In this document: piece after piece, positions 19,212-27,464 of the stretch
Numbering within the stretch: the stretch's first letter is position 1
Layout of the letters: each line of letters starts with the position of its first letter
Notes under the pieces: model-generated
Told to the model about the DNA's origin: nothing
Databases searched by the model: none
The model's input: the letters and a program-made list of their open reading frames with translations, nothing else
Program-made: the position numbers and the translations under genes
IMG/VR virus record: IMGVR_UViG_3300047172_000080
Span: 1 to 64,000 of that record
DNA: 64,000 nucleotides
DNA from: a virus
Reading direction: 5' to 3' (one strand)

Positions 19212-20510
19212 ATGTCTACCAATTTATCGAATTTTAACAGTAAAGTCAATCTAGCAAAAGTGGTTAAACAGTTTCCTGAATACAATGACTGGTTACTTCA
19301 AGAAGTTAAACCTTATGGTGAATTTGTAAGTAACGCTGATTTTAGTTCGGTTTGTAATATCTTTGATATTTGGATAGATAAAGATAAAAATCAATTATTA
19401 TCATCAGAAATCGTGTTTGAGGATATTACAACTAAATATCCACATTTATTAAAAGATCCTGTTATTTTTAACAATTATAAGCAAAAAACTATTGGTGAAG
19501 CTGAGCGAATGGAAAAGCTTTGGAGAAGTGTAGTTGAACATAGCCAAACTGAATTAAACTCAAAACTGTACCCTATTAATGAAAGTGGAGGTAAAATCAG
19601 TTTAGGTAAGTACTTTACTTACAGTGGTTATCCTGGAGTAGTAGAAAATAAATTCGGGCATATATCTGAAAATACTAGAAACCTATTTAATACCATGCAG
19701 AAATCATGGTTAAAGCTTCATGGTTTTAGTAAACCTATTATTGTACCTTACTATTATACTCCTAAACATATTTCTTATATTGAAGTATTTGATGCCTTGG
19801 ATGAATCAACGTGGGAAAATAGACGAATACTATATAGAAATGAGTATGCAGGATTTGCTGGTACAAGAGGGCATATTTTACCGGACTTTAAAGCCTTAAT
19901 GAATAGGCAAGGATGTTTATGGAATTACACTTTAGACTACTGGAATAAGACAGTTGTAACCATAGATGAAGATTGTCCTATTTGGGTACTTTTACATATT
20001 TATAAAACAGCAAAGCTTACAAAGTTTGCAATTGATCCGCTGGATATAATTAAAGATAAAAATCTAGGTAGTTTAGTAGAACCTTATTTAAAAGATCTAT
20101 CGAAAGAACAAGTTAGAGTTTTACAAGAGAAACTTGAATATACCGATTTATTAGATAAATGGAAAAACATTAAAAGTACCAGTTACGCAGTAGGTGACAT
20201 TACGTACTTTAAACGCCCAGAAGGTTACTTCTATATTTATAAAGGCAAAGAATTTCAACTGACTAATTTTAGTATTACTTTAGTTGATCGAATAAAAAAA
20301 GATGATAAGCCTTTTTATATATTAGATATAATTCAAGGCGATAAAACAATTACATTTGAAATTCCTCAAACTAAATTTAATTCCAGGTTAGGACTTATTA
20401 ATCATTTAAGAGAATTATTTTATGATTGTGATTTAGAGCCTCCAAAAATTTATCAACCTAGTGGAGAGCATAAATTAATGAACTTCATCTTTGATTATTT
20501 TGATAGCTAA
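19212..20510 (+). CDS. hypothetical protein (possibly replication-associated)
   Basis: 432-aa ORF; C-terminal GYFY...QLTNFSI resembles primase/helicase-associated domains only weakly. Confidence 0.6.
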   Translation: MSTNLSNFNSKVNLAKVVKQFPEYNDWLLQEVKPYGEFVSNADFSSVCNIFDIWIDKDKNQLLSSEIVFEDITTKYPHLLKDPVIFNNYKQKTIGEAERMEKLWRSVVEHSQTELNSKLYPINESGGKISLGKYFTYSGYPGVVENKFGHISENTRNLFNTMQKSWLKLHGFSKPIIVPYYYTPKHISYIEVFDALDESTWENRRILYRNEYAGFAGTRGHILPDFKALMNRQGCLWNYTLDYWNKTVVTIDEDCPIWVLLHIYKTAKLTKFAIDPLDIIKDKNLGSLVEPYLKDLSKEQVRVLQEKLEYTDLLDKWKNIKSTSYAVGDITYFKRPEGYFYIYKGKEFQLTNFSITLVDRIKKDDKPFYILDIIQGDKTITFEIPQTKFNSRLGLINHLRELFYDCDLEPPKIYQPSGEHKLMNFIFDYFDS

Positions 20511-20565
20511 ACGAAAGAGGAGTTGGGGCTACTGCTCCTTGCAATAAAATTAATACCTAAGGAAG

Positions 20566-20590
20566 TGGATAGGAGTGACCCTCCTATCCA
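20566..20590 (-). terminator. hairpin, probable terminator
   Basis: 10-bp stem TGGATAGGAG/CTCCTATCCA just after the stop at 20599, between convergent genes. Confidence 0.5.
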
Positions 20591-20598
20591 AGAAACCC

Positions 20599-20784
20599 TT
20601 ACTTCCCCTTCCGTGCTTCCAACTCTAAAGATCTTCTTCTTGCCGAATTATGCCAAAATCTTCTTGTTTCTGGTGAAGCATGTTCTTAACCTTCACCTTC
20701 TTTAAGTAATGCTATAATTTGTTCATTACTTTCCGCTGCTAAGATCCTCTGACGTAGGCCAATCTTCGTTGGTGTTGTCTTCAT
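20599..20784 (-). pseudogene. small ORF with one in-frame TAA
   Basis: MKTTPTKIGLRQRILAAESNEQIIALLKEGEG*EHASPETRRFWHNSARRRSLELEARKGK*; internal TAA at 20686-20688. Confidence 0.5.
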
Positions 20785-20885
20785 ATGGATTTAGGGGTTT
20801 ACACTTTCTTGTTATATGGGGTTACTATCACTTTTAACTGTCTGTCTTCTTTATGTGTGTGAGAGGGCAGATTAGTTAAATTGTC

Positions 20886-22398
20886 AAAAAAAAAGCGTTT
20901 TTTATCCAGTATATAGGTTTGATATCCCCCCTACATACTGGACTTTCTCTTGTGAGAGACATGTAGAAAGAGTACACTTCACAAAGTCGTGTAACTTATA
21001 CTTCCTACCATGACTAATCGATGTGCATTAGCCATTTTCAGAGGGAACGTGCGTCATCACCGCATAACCTCTTATTGTTTGAATCTCCGTAGATTCCGCT
21101 CTATGCCTATTACGCTATTTATACTCGCATAGACGAGTTGGAAGAGTAGGTGCTTGCTACTATTGTTGTGATTTTCACAAACACCTACTCACTCCCGCAA
21201 TCAACTAACTGGCAAATAAAACCGAGAAAAAAATAAATGTTATTGGTTACATTGGTTTCAAACTACCTCCTGGAGTCAGGATGTTATGTTAAGCATCCTT
21301 AAATGGGGAAAAATGCAACGTGCTGTATCTTGGGGATACAACACGCTTAGTAGTATAGACCTGCATTGTCAGTCGTTTAGACGGCCAACCGCACGATCTT
21401 GGAACTTCTTCCATTTCTAGAAATTATTATTTATTCGCCCTTGCATGTGAGGAGAGTTTACTTAACTTCTCACATGCAAGGGTTTTCAGGGTTTCCAATT
21501 TCCCTAGCTTATTTTCTACTGCCCATAGAGATAACAAGCAAATTCATATGGGCGCTTCACGACTACTTGGTACTTTAATATTCAACCGTGAATATTGAAT
21601 ATAAAGGTTTTTGATGTGGAGATCTCTAACTCCAGGAAAAATCAACGCATTAGGAGAGCATCGAGTTTCTGTAAACTCTGTACTCAAAACTGAATTACTT
21701 TTTCAAGGTAGTCCTTCCTATTAGGACAATATATATATATATATAATTACTTACTGCTTGAAAAGCTAGACAATTCCCCCGCTAATTCAGTATTTATGTG
21801 GCTCTATAAGATTTACTTTAATTCAGTAAAGCAGCCGCTTATAGCATAAACATGTTTTTAGGTTCATGTCGTAAGTGAAGAGAATTTACCCCTCCTATCA
21901 GGCAATGATAAAGTTCTAAATGCTGCTGGTCCAGGTAACCCTTGGATTACTGCCGTAATTGCCAAACTCGTGTCCTACCACGGCGATGCGTCTAGATCAG
22001 CTATAATACACCATCAAGAAAACAGAAGTTCTCCATCTATTGATATACTATATTTGCCATGCCGATCAAAATTATAGATTGAAGTCCACTTGTTCACACA
22101 ACGCATCGCCTAAGCTCAAGCTATAGAAAAGCTCTTTTCGTAACTATTACTAGAATACGATTCGCCCAACAGCATTCATGGCATCGGTTCAACAAGTGGA
22201 CTTCAATCTACATAATTTATATAAGGGAAATCTTTTCTGACATCTACTTGATGTATGTTTGAATGTGGTTGTGTGAAAATCTCTCAATTTGTGGAGCACA
22301 TTCAGCTTTAAAAGAACGAGTATTTGACCCTACATCTAGGTACATTTTAGCACAAGTAGATGCCAGAAAAGTGAAACAGAAACTAACAGCTTCCATTA
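20886..22398 (-). ncRNA. candidate large (~1.5 kb) structured non-coding RNA of unknown class
   Basis: no convincing ORF; many stems up to 20 bp; long-range complementarities; at least 7 stems with G-U wobbles on the minus strand; phage promoter at 22405-22445; hairpin plus U-run near 20886-20942. Confidence 0.7.
21729..21745. repeat. (AT)8 microsatellite
   Basis: ATATATATATATATATA. Confidence 0.9.
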
Positions 22399-22404
22399 CT
22401 TATT

Positions 22405-22445
22405 ATTATACCAAATATATACTGTTTATTCGGGGAGGGGAGGGG
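22405..22445 (-). promoter_or_regulatory. phage promoter CCCC-N~24-TGGTATAAT, copy 1
   Basis: minus strand CCCCTCCCCTCCCC...TGGTATAATAA; motif occurs 5 times in the window. Confidence 0.75.
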
Positions 22446-23153
22446 TTAATACCCATTATACCCCCCATAAGCACAATTATCTTGTCCATTATTGCCTTGG
22501 ACAGTATTAAAGGGGCGGGGGTATGAATTAGGAACATTACTGCGCTTATTAGCTGCCCCTGTTTCAATAGAATCGGGATTAGGACTAAAAGCAGCGTATT
22601 CAATATTAAAATATGACTTACCGAGAATTGAAGTTCTAGGTTTAATGCTAATAGCTTGATTTACCAAGCCTACAGCCCACACATCTAACTCATAAGTACC
22701 TTCTAACAAGGTTCCTGTTACTGAATTAGGAATAAAAATGACATAATGGTTACAATCTTTAGAATCTGTGTAGATACCGTTGTTTAATATACCTGCCCAA
22801 GTATAGGTGATAAGATATTGAGAAGCTTTAACAATTACATTCAATGTGTACTTGGTTAAATCTATAGGCTTTCCATCTAAATATAGAAATGCGTCATAAA
22901 TAACATCTTCTCCCTGATACCATACAGCAGAAGCATGATCTGAGCCAATAAAGTTAGAGCCTGGAATTCCTAAAGTATTTAAATCAGATTGTGGAATATT
23001 AGGATTATTAACTCTAGGAATAAGTTTAGAAGTTATTGGTATACAATTATCAAGTGGAATAGAACCTGAAGTAGGAGGGCAAGGATTACTACCTAGTTCA
23101 AAAGTAGTAGGTTGTGCAATGTCTACTTCATAGTAAGGGGGAGTTACAGGCAT
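22446..23153 (-). CDS. putative virion structural protein
   Basis: YQGED...DGKPIDLT...GTY.LDV resembles BppU-like beta-sandwich; at the end of the tail module. Confidence 0.55.
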   Translation of the reverse strand: MPVTPPYYEVDIAQPTTFELGSNPCPPTSGSIPLDNCIPITSKLIPRVNNPNIPQSDLNTLGIPGSNFIGSDHASAVWYQGEDVIYDAFLYLDGKPIDLTKYTLNVIVKASQYLITYTWAGILNNGIYTDSKDCNHYVIFIPNSVTGTLLEGTYELDVWAVGLVNQAISIKPRTSILGKSYFNIEYAAFSPNPDSIETGAANKRSNVPNSYPRPFNTVQGNNGQDNCAYGGYNGY

Positions 23154-23467
23154 GTTTGTTCTAATTTTTTTGTATTTATATTTTTTCTATAATAACACAA
23201 TTTATCAATTCCAAGTATACTTTTCATTTTAAGAAAATCTTCAGGGGTTAAGCTGTTTAAAGCATTTTCCATTTGAGGGCGTAATTGAGCATAAGGGTTA
23301 ACCTTATTTCCACCACATGTTTTGCACCCACCTTTAGAAGGAGTTGTTACTTGTTTAGATAGAACGTTTAATGAATTAAAGGCAGGTATGGTTAATAAGG
23401 CAGGCTTACTATTAAGTAGATGTGAAATTTGACTTGCAGATGTTATAACCAGAGTTTGCATACTCAA
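23144..23467 (-). CDS. hypothetical protein with GCKTCGG motif
   Basis: ORF; likely start ATG 23461. Confidence 0.6.
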   Translation of the reverse strand: MSMQTLVITSASQISHLLNSKPALLTIPAFNSLNVLSKQVTTPSKGGCKTCGGNKVNPYAQLRPQMENALNSLTPEDFLKMKSILGIDKLCYYRKNINTKKLEQTCL

Positions 23468-23513
23468 AATATAACACCTAAATAGTAAAAAACAAAATCC
23501 TTATTTTGTTTCC

Positions 23514-23545
23514 AATAGGGCTATGGATAGAACCATAGCCCTATT
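23514..23545 (-). terminator. terminator hairpin
   Basis: 13-bp stem AATAGGGCTATGG/CCATAGCCCTATT downstream of the 23562..24047 gene. Confidence 0.65.
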
Positions 23546-23561
23546 TATTTAATGCCTACCT

Positions 23562-24047
23562 TTAGGCACCAGCCGTAGCTTCAACCGGAGGCTGTTCCTG
23601 GCGGTTGGGGCGATTCATCGGAACACGGAGTTCCTTGCCCAACGGAGCGTGCGGGGTTTCGTTGGTTTTACTGGGAATCACCGAATCCTCGTGGACCTGC
23701 TGAATTTGTCCACGGAGTTCCTGATTCTTTTCAGCCAACTCTTCCGCCGCAGAGGCGATCTTCCCGGCTTCCCGTTTGATCACTTCTTCCGAACGCTGAA
23801 TTTGAACCTCAGGTTGGACCGTCATGGACGGCTTCCTGAAGTTGCTCAGCACGGCGGCGAACTTCTGTTTCATGGTGAACATGGCCTGTTTCGCGGTATG
23901 AACCACGACAGCCCCATAGTATTGGAACCCAAGGGTTCCCGCGACACCGATTCCAACACATCCTGCCGCCGCAAGACAAGCAACCGGCTTGCTCATGACG
24001 ACATTGCGATTGGTTCCGATCTCAACGTTGATTGTAGGAGTGTCCAT
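23562..24047 (-). CDS. GC-rich membrane-anchored coiled-coil protein
   Basis: hydrophobic CLAAAGCVGIGVAGTLG segment then coiled coil; GC far above flanks. Confidence 0.7.
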   Translation of the reverse strand: MDTPTINVEIGTNRNVVMSKPVACLAAAGCVGIGVAGTLGFQYYGAVVVHTAKQAMFTMKQKFAAVLSNFRKPSMTVQPEVQIQRSEEVIKREAGKIASAAEELAEKNQELRGQIQQVHEDSVIPSKTNETPHAPLGKELRVPMNRPNRQEQPPVEATAGA

Positions 24048-24122
24048 AGTTTTCTTTCTTTTCTTTCTGGTTTATTTGTTAGTTATAACAAGCCCACATT
24101 TTAAGTGAACTTTCGTTAAATT

Positions 24123-24170
24123 ATTATACCAGTTATAACCCTTAATTTTGTACGGGGGTAGGGGAGGGGG
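24123..24170 (-). promoter_or_regulatory. phage promoter, copy 2
   Basis: CCCCCTCCCCTACCCCC...TGGTATAATAA. Confidence 0.75.
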
Positions 24171-24172
24171 CT

Positions 24173-24197
24173 AAAAAAGAGGAATGGAACCTCTTTT
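24173..24197 (-). terminator. terminator hairpin
   Basis: AAAAGAGG/CCTCTTTT stem with U-run, after the 24201..24497 gene. Confidence 0.6.
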
Positions 24198-24200
24198 AAA

Positions 24201-24497
24201 CTATCCTCCTTCGTTTTGCAGCCCTTTATTATACTGTGCCAATTTCTGAGCATAGTAATTATAAGCTATACCTTCACATTGAATACGAATCTCCGAACAA
24301 GGAGTTTCAACATGGTGTTGTGTGTAACATAAAGGGCATTTTGGAGGCTTAGGACAATACCTCTCGATAGCCTCCTGTAGCATATTAATAGCTCCTGCTA
24401 CTTCATCAGGAAGAGGGCCGTCTTTCCAACTATCTGACCCTGTTACTAATGTAGCATCATAAAGCTTATCAATATACTCACCTTTAGTATTATTCAT
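24201..24497 (-). CDS. hypothetical protein (CPLC...H...C)
   Basis: ORF with its own promoter and terminator. Confidence 0.6.
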   Translation of the reverse strand: MNNTKGEYIDKLYDATLVTGSDSWKDGPLPDEVAGAINMLQEAIERYCPKPPKCPLCYTQHHVETPCSEIRIQCEGIAYNYYAQKLAQYNKGLQNEGG

Positions 24498-24542
24498 TAA
24501 TAACCTTTTTTAAAGCAATACGTAATTGTATTACCTTTAATT

Positions 24543-24583
24543 ATTATACCAATTTATAGGTATATTTAACCCAAGGGGAGGGG
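24543..24583 (-). promoter_or_regulatory. phage promoter, copy 3
   Basis: CCCCTCCCC...TGGTATAATAA. Confidence 0.75.
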
Positions 24584-24585
24584 TG

Positions 24586-25458
24586 TTAGTTGGGAGCTAG
24601 TTGAAGGGTATGGCAGAGATCACTACTCTGCAGAGTCAAACCTATAAACAACGAATGGGTGTTAGCTGGTTCTGTTCCATTAATACCATCATAGAAGTTT
24701 TCAGGAAGTCCTGTCGTAACATTACTAATAGCTGTTCCAAAAATTAAGTTAATATTCAATCCAGGAGCAATATTAAAATTACCATTGCTATCAGGAGGCA
24801 CTCCATTAATAAACGAGATAATATCAGGACAATCGCATAAAGCAGGATTTATAAAATTATCCTCACAAGTTAATGGAATACCAAAACTATCTCCTGCTTG
24901 AAAATTAATAAGATTGTTAATTGTATCAAAACTAATATCAAAGTTATAACCTTCAAAAAAAGTAATAGCTCCTGTAAGGTTAATAGTAGATTGAGAAACT
25001 AGGGGTAATAATGCTGAATAACTATAAAGACCACCACTTTCGTAACTTGGAGTAATAGCTAATTCATTAACTCCAATCCAATCATTATAAAATTCAAATA
25101 CTAAAGAAGGTTCAACTATAAGGTTAGCAAAAGTATTAATCGCCGCAGGAATTGCGGAGATTAGGTCGGTATTCACCGCAAGAGCACTATGGTTAGCTCC
25201 TTTAATATACTGAATACCTGTTAAAGAGGTACTGAAGGTAAAACTGACACTATTGGTAAAATTAAAAATTATTGTACCACTAACTGAATTATCAATTGAT
25301 AACAGTTTATAACTTCCTGAATAAGCTGAATTATTAACAATTAATAAATCCAAAATAAGTCCATTATCCAAAACATAAGATGTGTTAGCTGTTTTAGGAC
25401 AATTTAAAATAAAAGGGTAAGCCCTTAAAGCATTTTCATTAAGCCATTCAAGAGTCAT
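24586..25458 (-). CDS. tail/baseplate structural protein (paralog family)
   Basis: N-terminal EWLNENALRAYPF; INGVPPDSNGN motif. Confidence 0.65.
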   Translation of the reverse strand: MTLEWLNENALRAYPFILNCPKTANTSYVLDNGLILDLLIVNNSAYSGSYKLLSIDNSVSGTIIFNFTNSVSFTFSTSLTGIQYIKGANHSALAVNTDLISAIPAAINTFANLIVEPSLVFEFYNDWIGVNELAITPSYESGGLYSYSALLPLVSQSTINLTGAITFFEGYNFDISFDTINNLINFQAGDSFGIPLTCEDNFINPALCDCPDIISFINGVPPDSNGNFNIAPGLNINLIFGTAISNVTTGLPENFYDGINGTEPANTHSLFIGLTLQSSDLCHTLQLAPN

Positions 25459-25459
25459 A

Positions 25460-26164
25460 TTAGAAATTATTAGTGTTCACGATTTTTGTAAGATTAGACC
25501 CAGGTTGAGAACCTACGAGTGAAACATTTAATGATCCTATTCCATCCCCATTGATTTGAATAACTTGATCACTTGATATAAAGATATTGTTATTAGTAGG
25601 AGAAATGAGATTCAATAATTTCAAGGCTGGAGAAAGTAAAGGGTAAGGCAACTTAAAATTACCTACAGCATTAAAAGTTAAACCGTTTGAACCTATTGTA
25701 TTATAAAATATAGTATTATCCGAAGAAGGTGTAGTTAAAACAACATTTCCAAATAAACCAGCTAAAGAAAATACTCCTGAATTTAAGCTTATTGATTTTA
25801 CTGTTGTGGCTACGAATGAAAGATTAAATTGTAACACTTGACCAACAAAGGTATTCCACAAGGTATTTACACCGTCTTGAAAAGTTAATTTTCCAATATA
25901 TCTTGTACCTACCATTAATCGTAAAAAGTTAGTACCTGCCACATAATCACTTTGTAAGAATATGAAATTAGTAGTACCTGTATCATAGGTAATATTTAAA
26001 GTTAAGAAATCAGTAGATACTTCTATATAATTTAGAACAGGTATGAAATTATCAAACTGTTGAAAATTAGCATCTACAATAATATTGTTGTAAGGTGCAT
26101 CCTCTGTAAAAGGATAAGCACTTACAGCGTTCTGATTTTCCCAATCTAAATCAAAGATACTCAT
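25460..26164 (-). CDS. tail/baseplate structural protein (paralog family)
   Basis: N-terminal DWENQNAVSAYPF. Confidence 0.65.
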   Translation of the reverse strand: MSIFDLDWENQNAVSAYPFTEDAPYNNIIVDANFQQFDNFIPVLNYIEVSTDFLTLNITYDTGTTNFIFLQSDYVAGTNFLRLMVGTRYIGKLTFQDGVNTLWNTFVGQVLQFNLSFVATTVKSISLNSGVFSLAGLFGNVVLTTPSSDNTIFYNTIGSNGLTFNAVGNFKLPYPLLSPALKLLNLISPTNNNIFISSDQVIQINGDGIGSLNVSLVGSQPGSNLTKIVNTNNF

Positions 26165-27462
26165 TAAAATGTTTGTGTATAAAATACAACCAATTGTAAA
26201 CTAGCTGGAGTTCCTGTAACACCTGAAATTGCTAATTGAATATTACTTGTATTTGTAAATGCATTAGCTCCTGTCGCTAATGCAACTAAACTATTAGCAG
26301 TATAGATATTACCTCCTGACGTAAATGATCCTGTGTTGGCTACAACTAAACTTGTTAAGCCTGTAACATTTACAGAATCTATTTTTACAGTGAATGTAGC
26401 TGATCCTGTATCGATCAAAGCATAAATTTTACTAATTACCCCATTTATACCTGCTGGATTAATAATTGTATAAGAACCTGTAGTTGGGGAGGCTTGTGTA
26501 AGTGTAAAAATAGTTACATAAGGCCATGATAAATATTCAGGATTTGTCTCAAATAAGAAATTAACTACTGGAGTTTGAGATTTTGAATAATATTCCTCTT
26601 CCCCAATAAAATCCGAATTTCTATTTACTAAGTAATTTGGATCAACAGGAGCTAACGAAGTTTGATTGAGGGTACAAAACGAACTTAAATCCAAATCTAT
26701 GGTAGTAGCATTAATGGAGCTATTTACTGAATCGCCATAAAAAATAACAGGATCTATACCAAACAAATAAATATTTGCATCATCGGCGTAATCATCAATT
26801 GGGTAAGGTACTACTTCTTTATTAATGGTTAAAATTTCAGGAGTCGGACAATTTCTAAACTGTGAATTTAAGTCGGCTATACTCAGAATGTCAGAATTAT
26901 CTATAACAGCTAACTCACAACTGTTACCTACATTTGTTTCAATTAAATTTGTAAGTGCCCCAAAATTGATATTACCTGTTAAAGTTTGTTCTCTGTAATT
27001 TAAATTTTTAACTCCTGGAGGATTAAATACTACATAAGTTGAAATTTCTAAACCTGATTGATTAGGCAGACTAAAATCTAATATTCCATTTGTAGATAAA
27101 ATTACATCTGCTTGCCCCGATATTAAAAAACCTGAAGAGTAACCATCTACGTTTGTTAAATTAAGAACTTGAAAATCAGAGGTAATAACAGCACTAAAAA
27201 ATCCAATCGGTATAGTTAAATTAAACGAGGAATGTTTATGTAAAACAGCTACACTAACTGTTAAGATATTATTACTAAGAGAAACCTGAGAAATGAAAGG
27301 TTGGTAATCTAACACGTTGCTAAAAGCTGGAATAGATAAAGAAATAGCCGCTATTACGTAATTATTAAGTAGTAATCCATTATTACTTAACTTTGTAGCT
27401 CCTTGTTGAATAGGATAACTTCTTTCAATATTCTTATTAAGAAAATCTAAATCATTAATCAT
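26164..27462 (-). CDS. tail/baseplate structural protein (paralog family)
   Basis: N-terminal DFLNKNIERSYPI. Confidence 0.65.
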   Translation of the reverse strand: MINDLDFLNKNIERSYPIQQGATKLSNNGLLLNNYVIAAISLSIPAFSNVLDYQPFISQVSLSNNILTVSVAVLHKHSSFNLTIPIGFFSAVITSDFQVLNLTNVDGYSSGFLISGQADVILSTNGILDFSLPNQSGLEISTYVVFNPPGVKNLNYREQTLTGNINFGALTNLIETNVGNSCELAVIDNSDILSIADLNSQFRNCPTPEILTINKEVVPYPIDDYADDANIYLFGIDPVIFYGDSVNSSINATTIDLDLSSFCTLNQTSLAPVDPNYLVNRNSDFIGEEEYYSKSQTPVVNFLFETNPEYLSWPYVTIFTLTQASPTTGSYTIINPAGINGVISKIYALIDTGSATFTVKIDSVNVTGLTSLVVANTGSFTSGGNIYTANSLVALATGANAFTNTSNIQLAISGVTGTPASLQLVVFYTQTF

Positions 27463-27464
27463 GG

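Noticed and set aside
22159-22190. Group II intron domain V (ends CGGTTC)
   Set aside because: The 5' arm lacks the AGC/CGC triad, there are no flanking exons to rejoin, and no maturase is present
22075-22210. Retron msr-msd bounded by a1/a2 repeats
   Set aside because: No reverse transcriptase in the window, and the loop pairs with outside segments instead of forming an msd hairpin
20886-22398. CRISPR array, tRNA cluster, tmRNA or RNase P RNA
   Set aside because: No regularly spaced direct repeats, no cloverleaf/TTCGA-CCA ends, and no GAGGAAAGTCC core on either strand by eye
22263-22603. Short ORFs 22263..22526 (+) and 22406..22603 (-)
   Set aside because: They overlap the promoter, RNA stems and a longer real gene; no protein-like features
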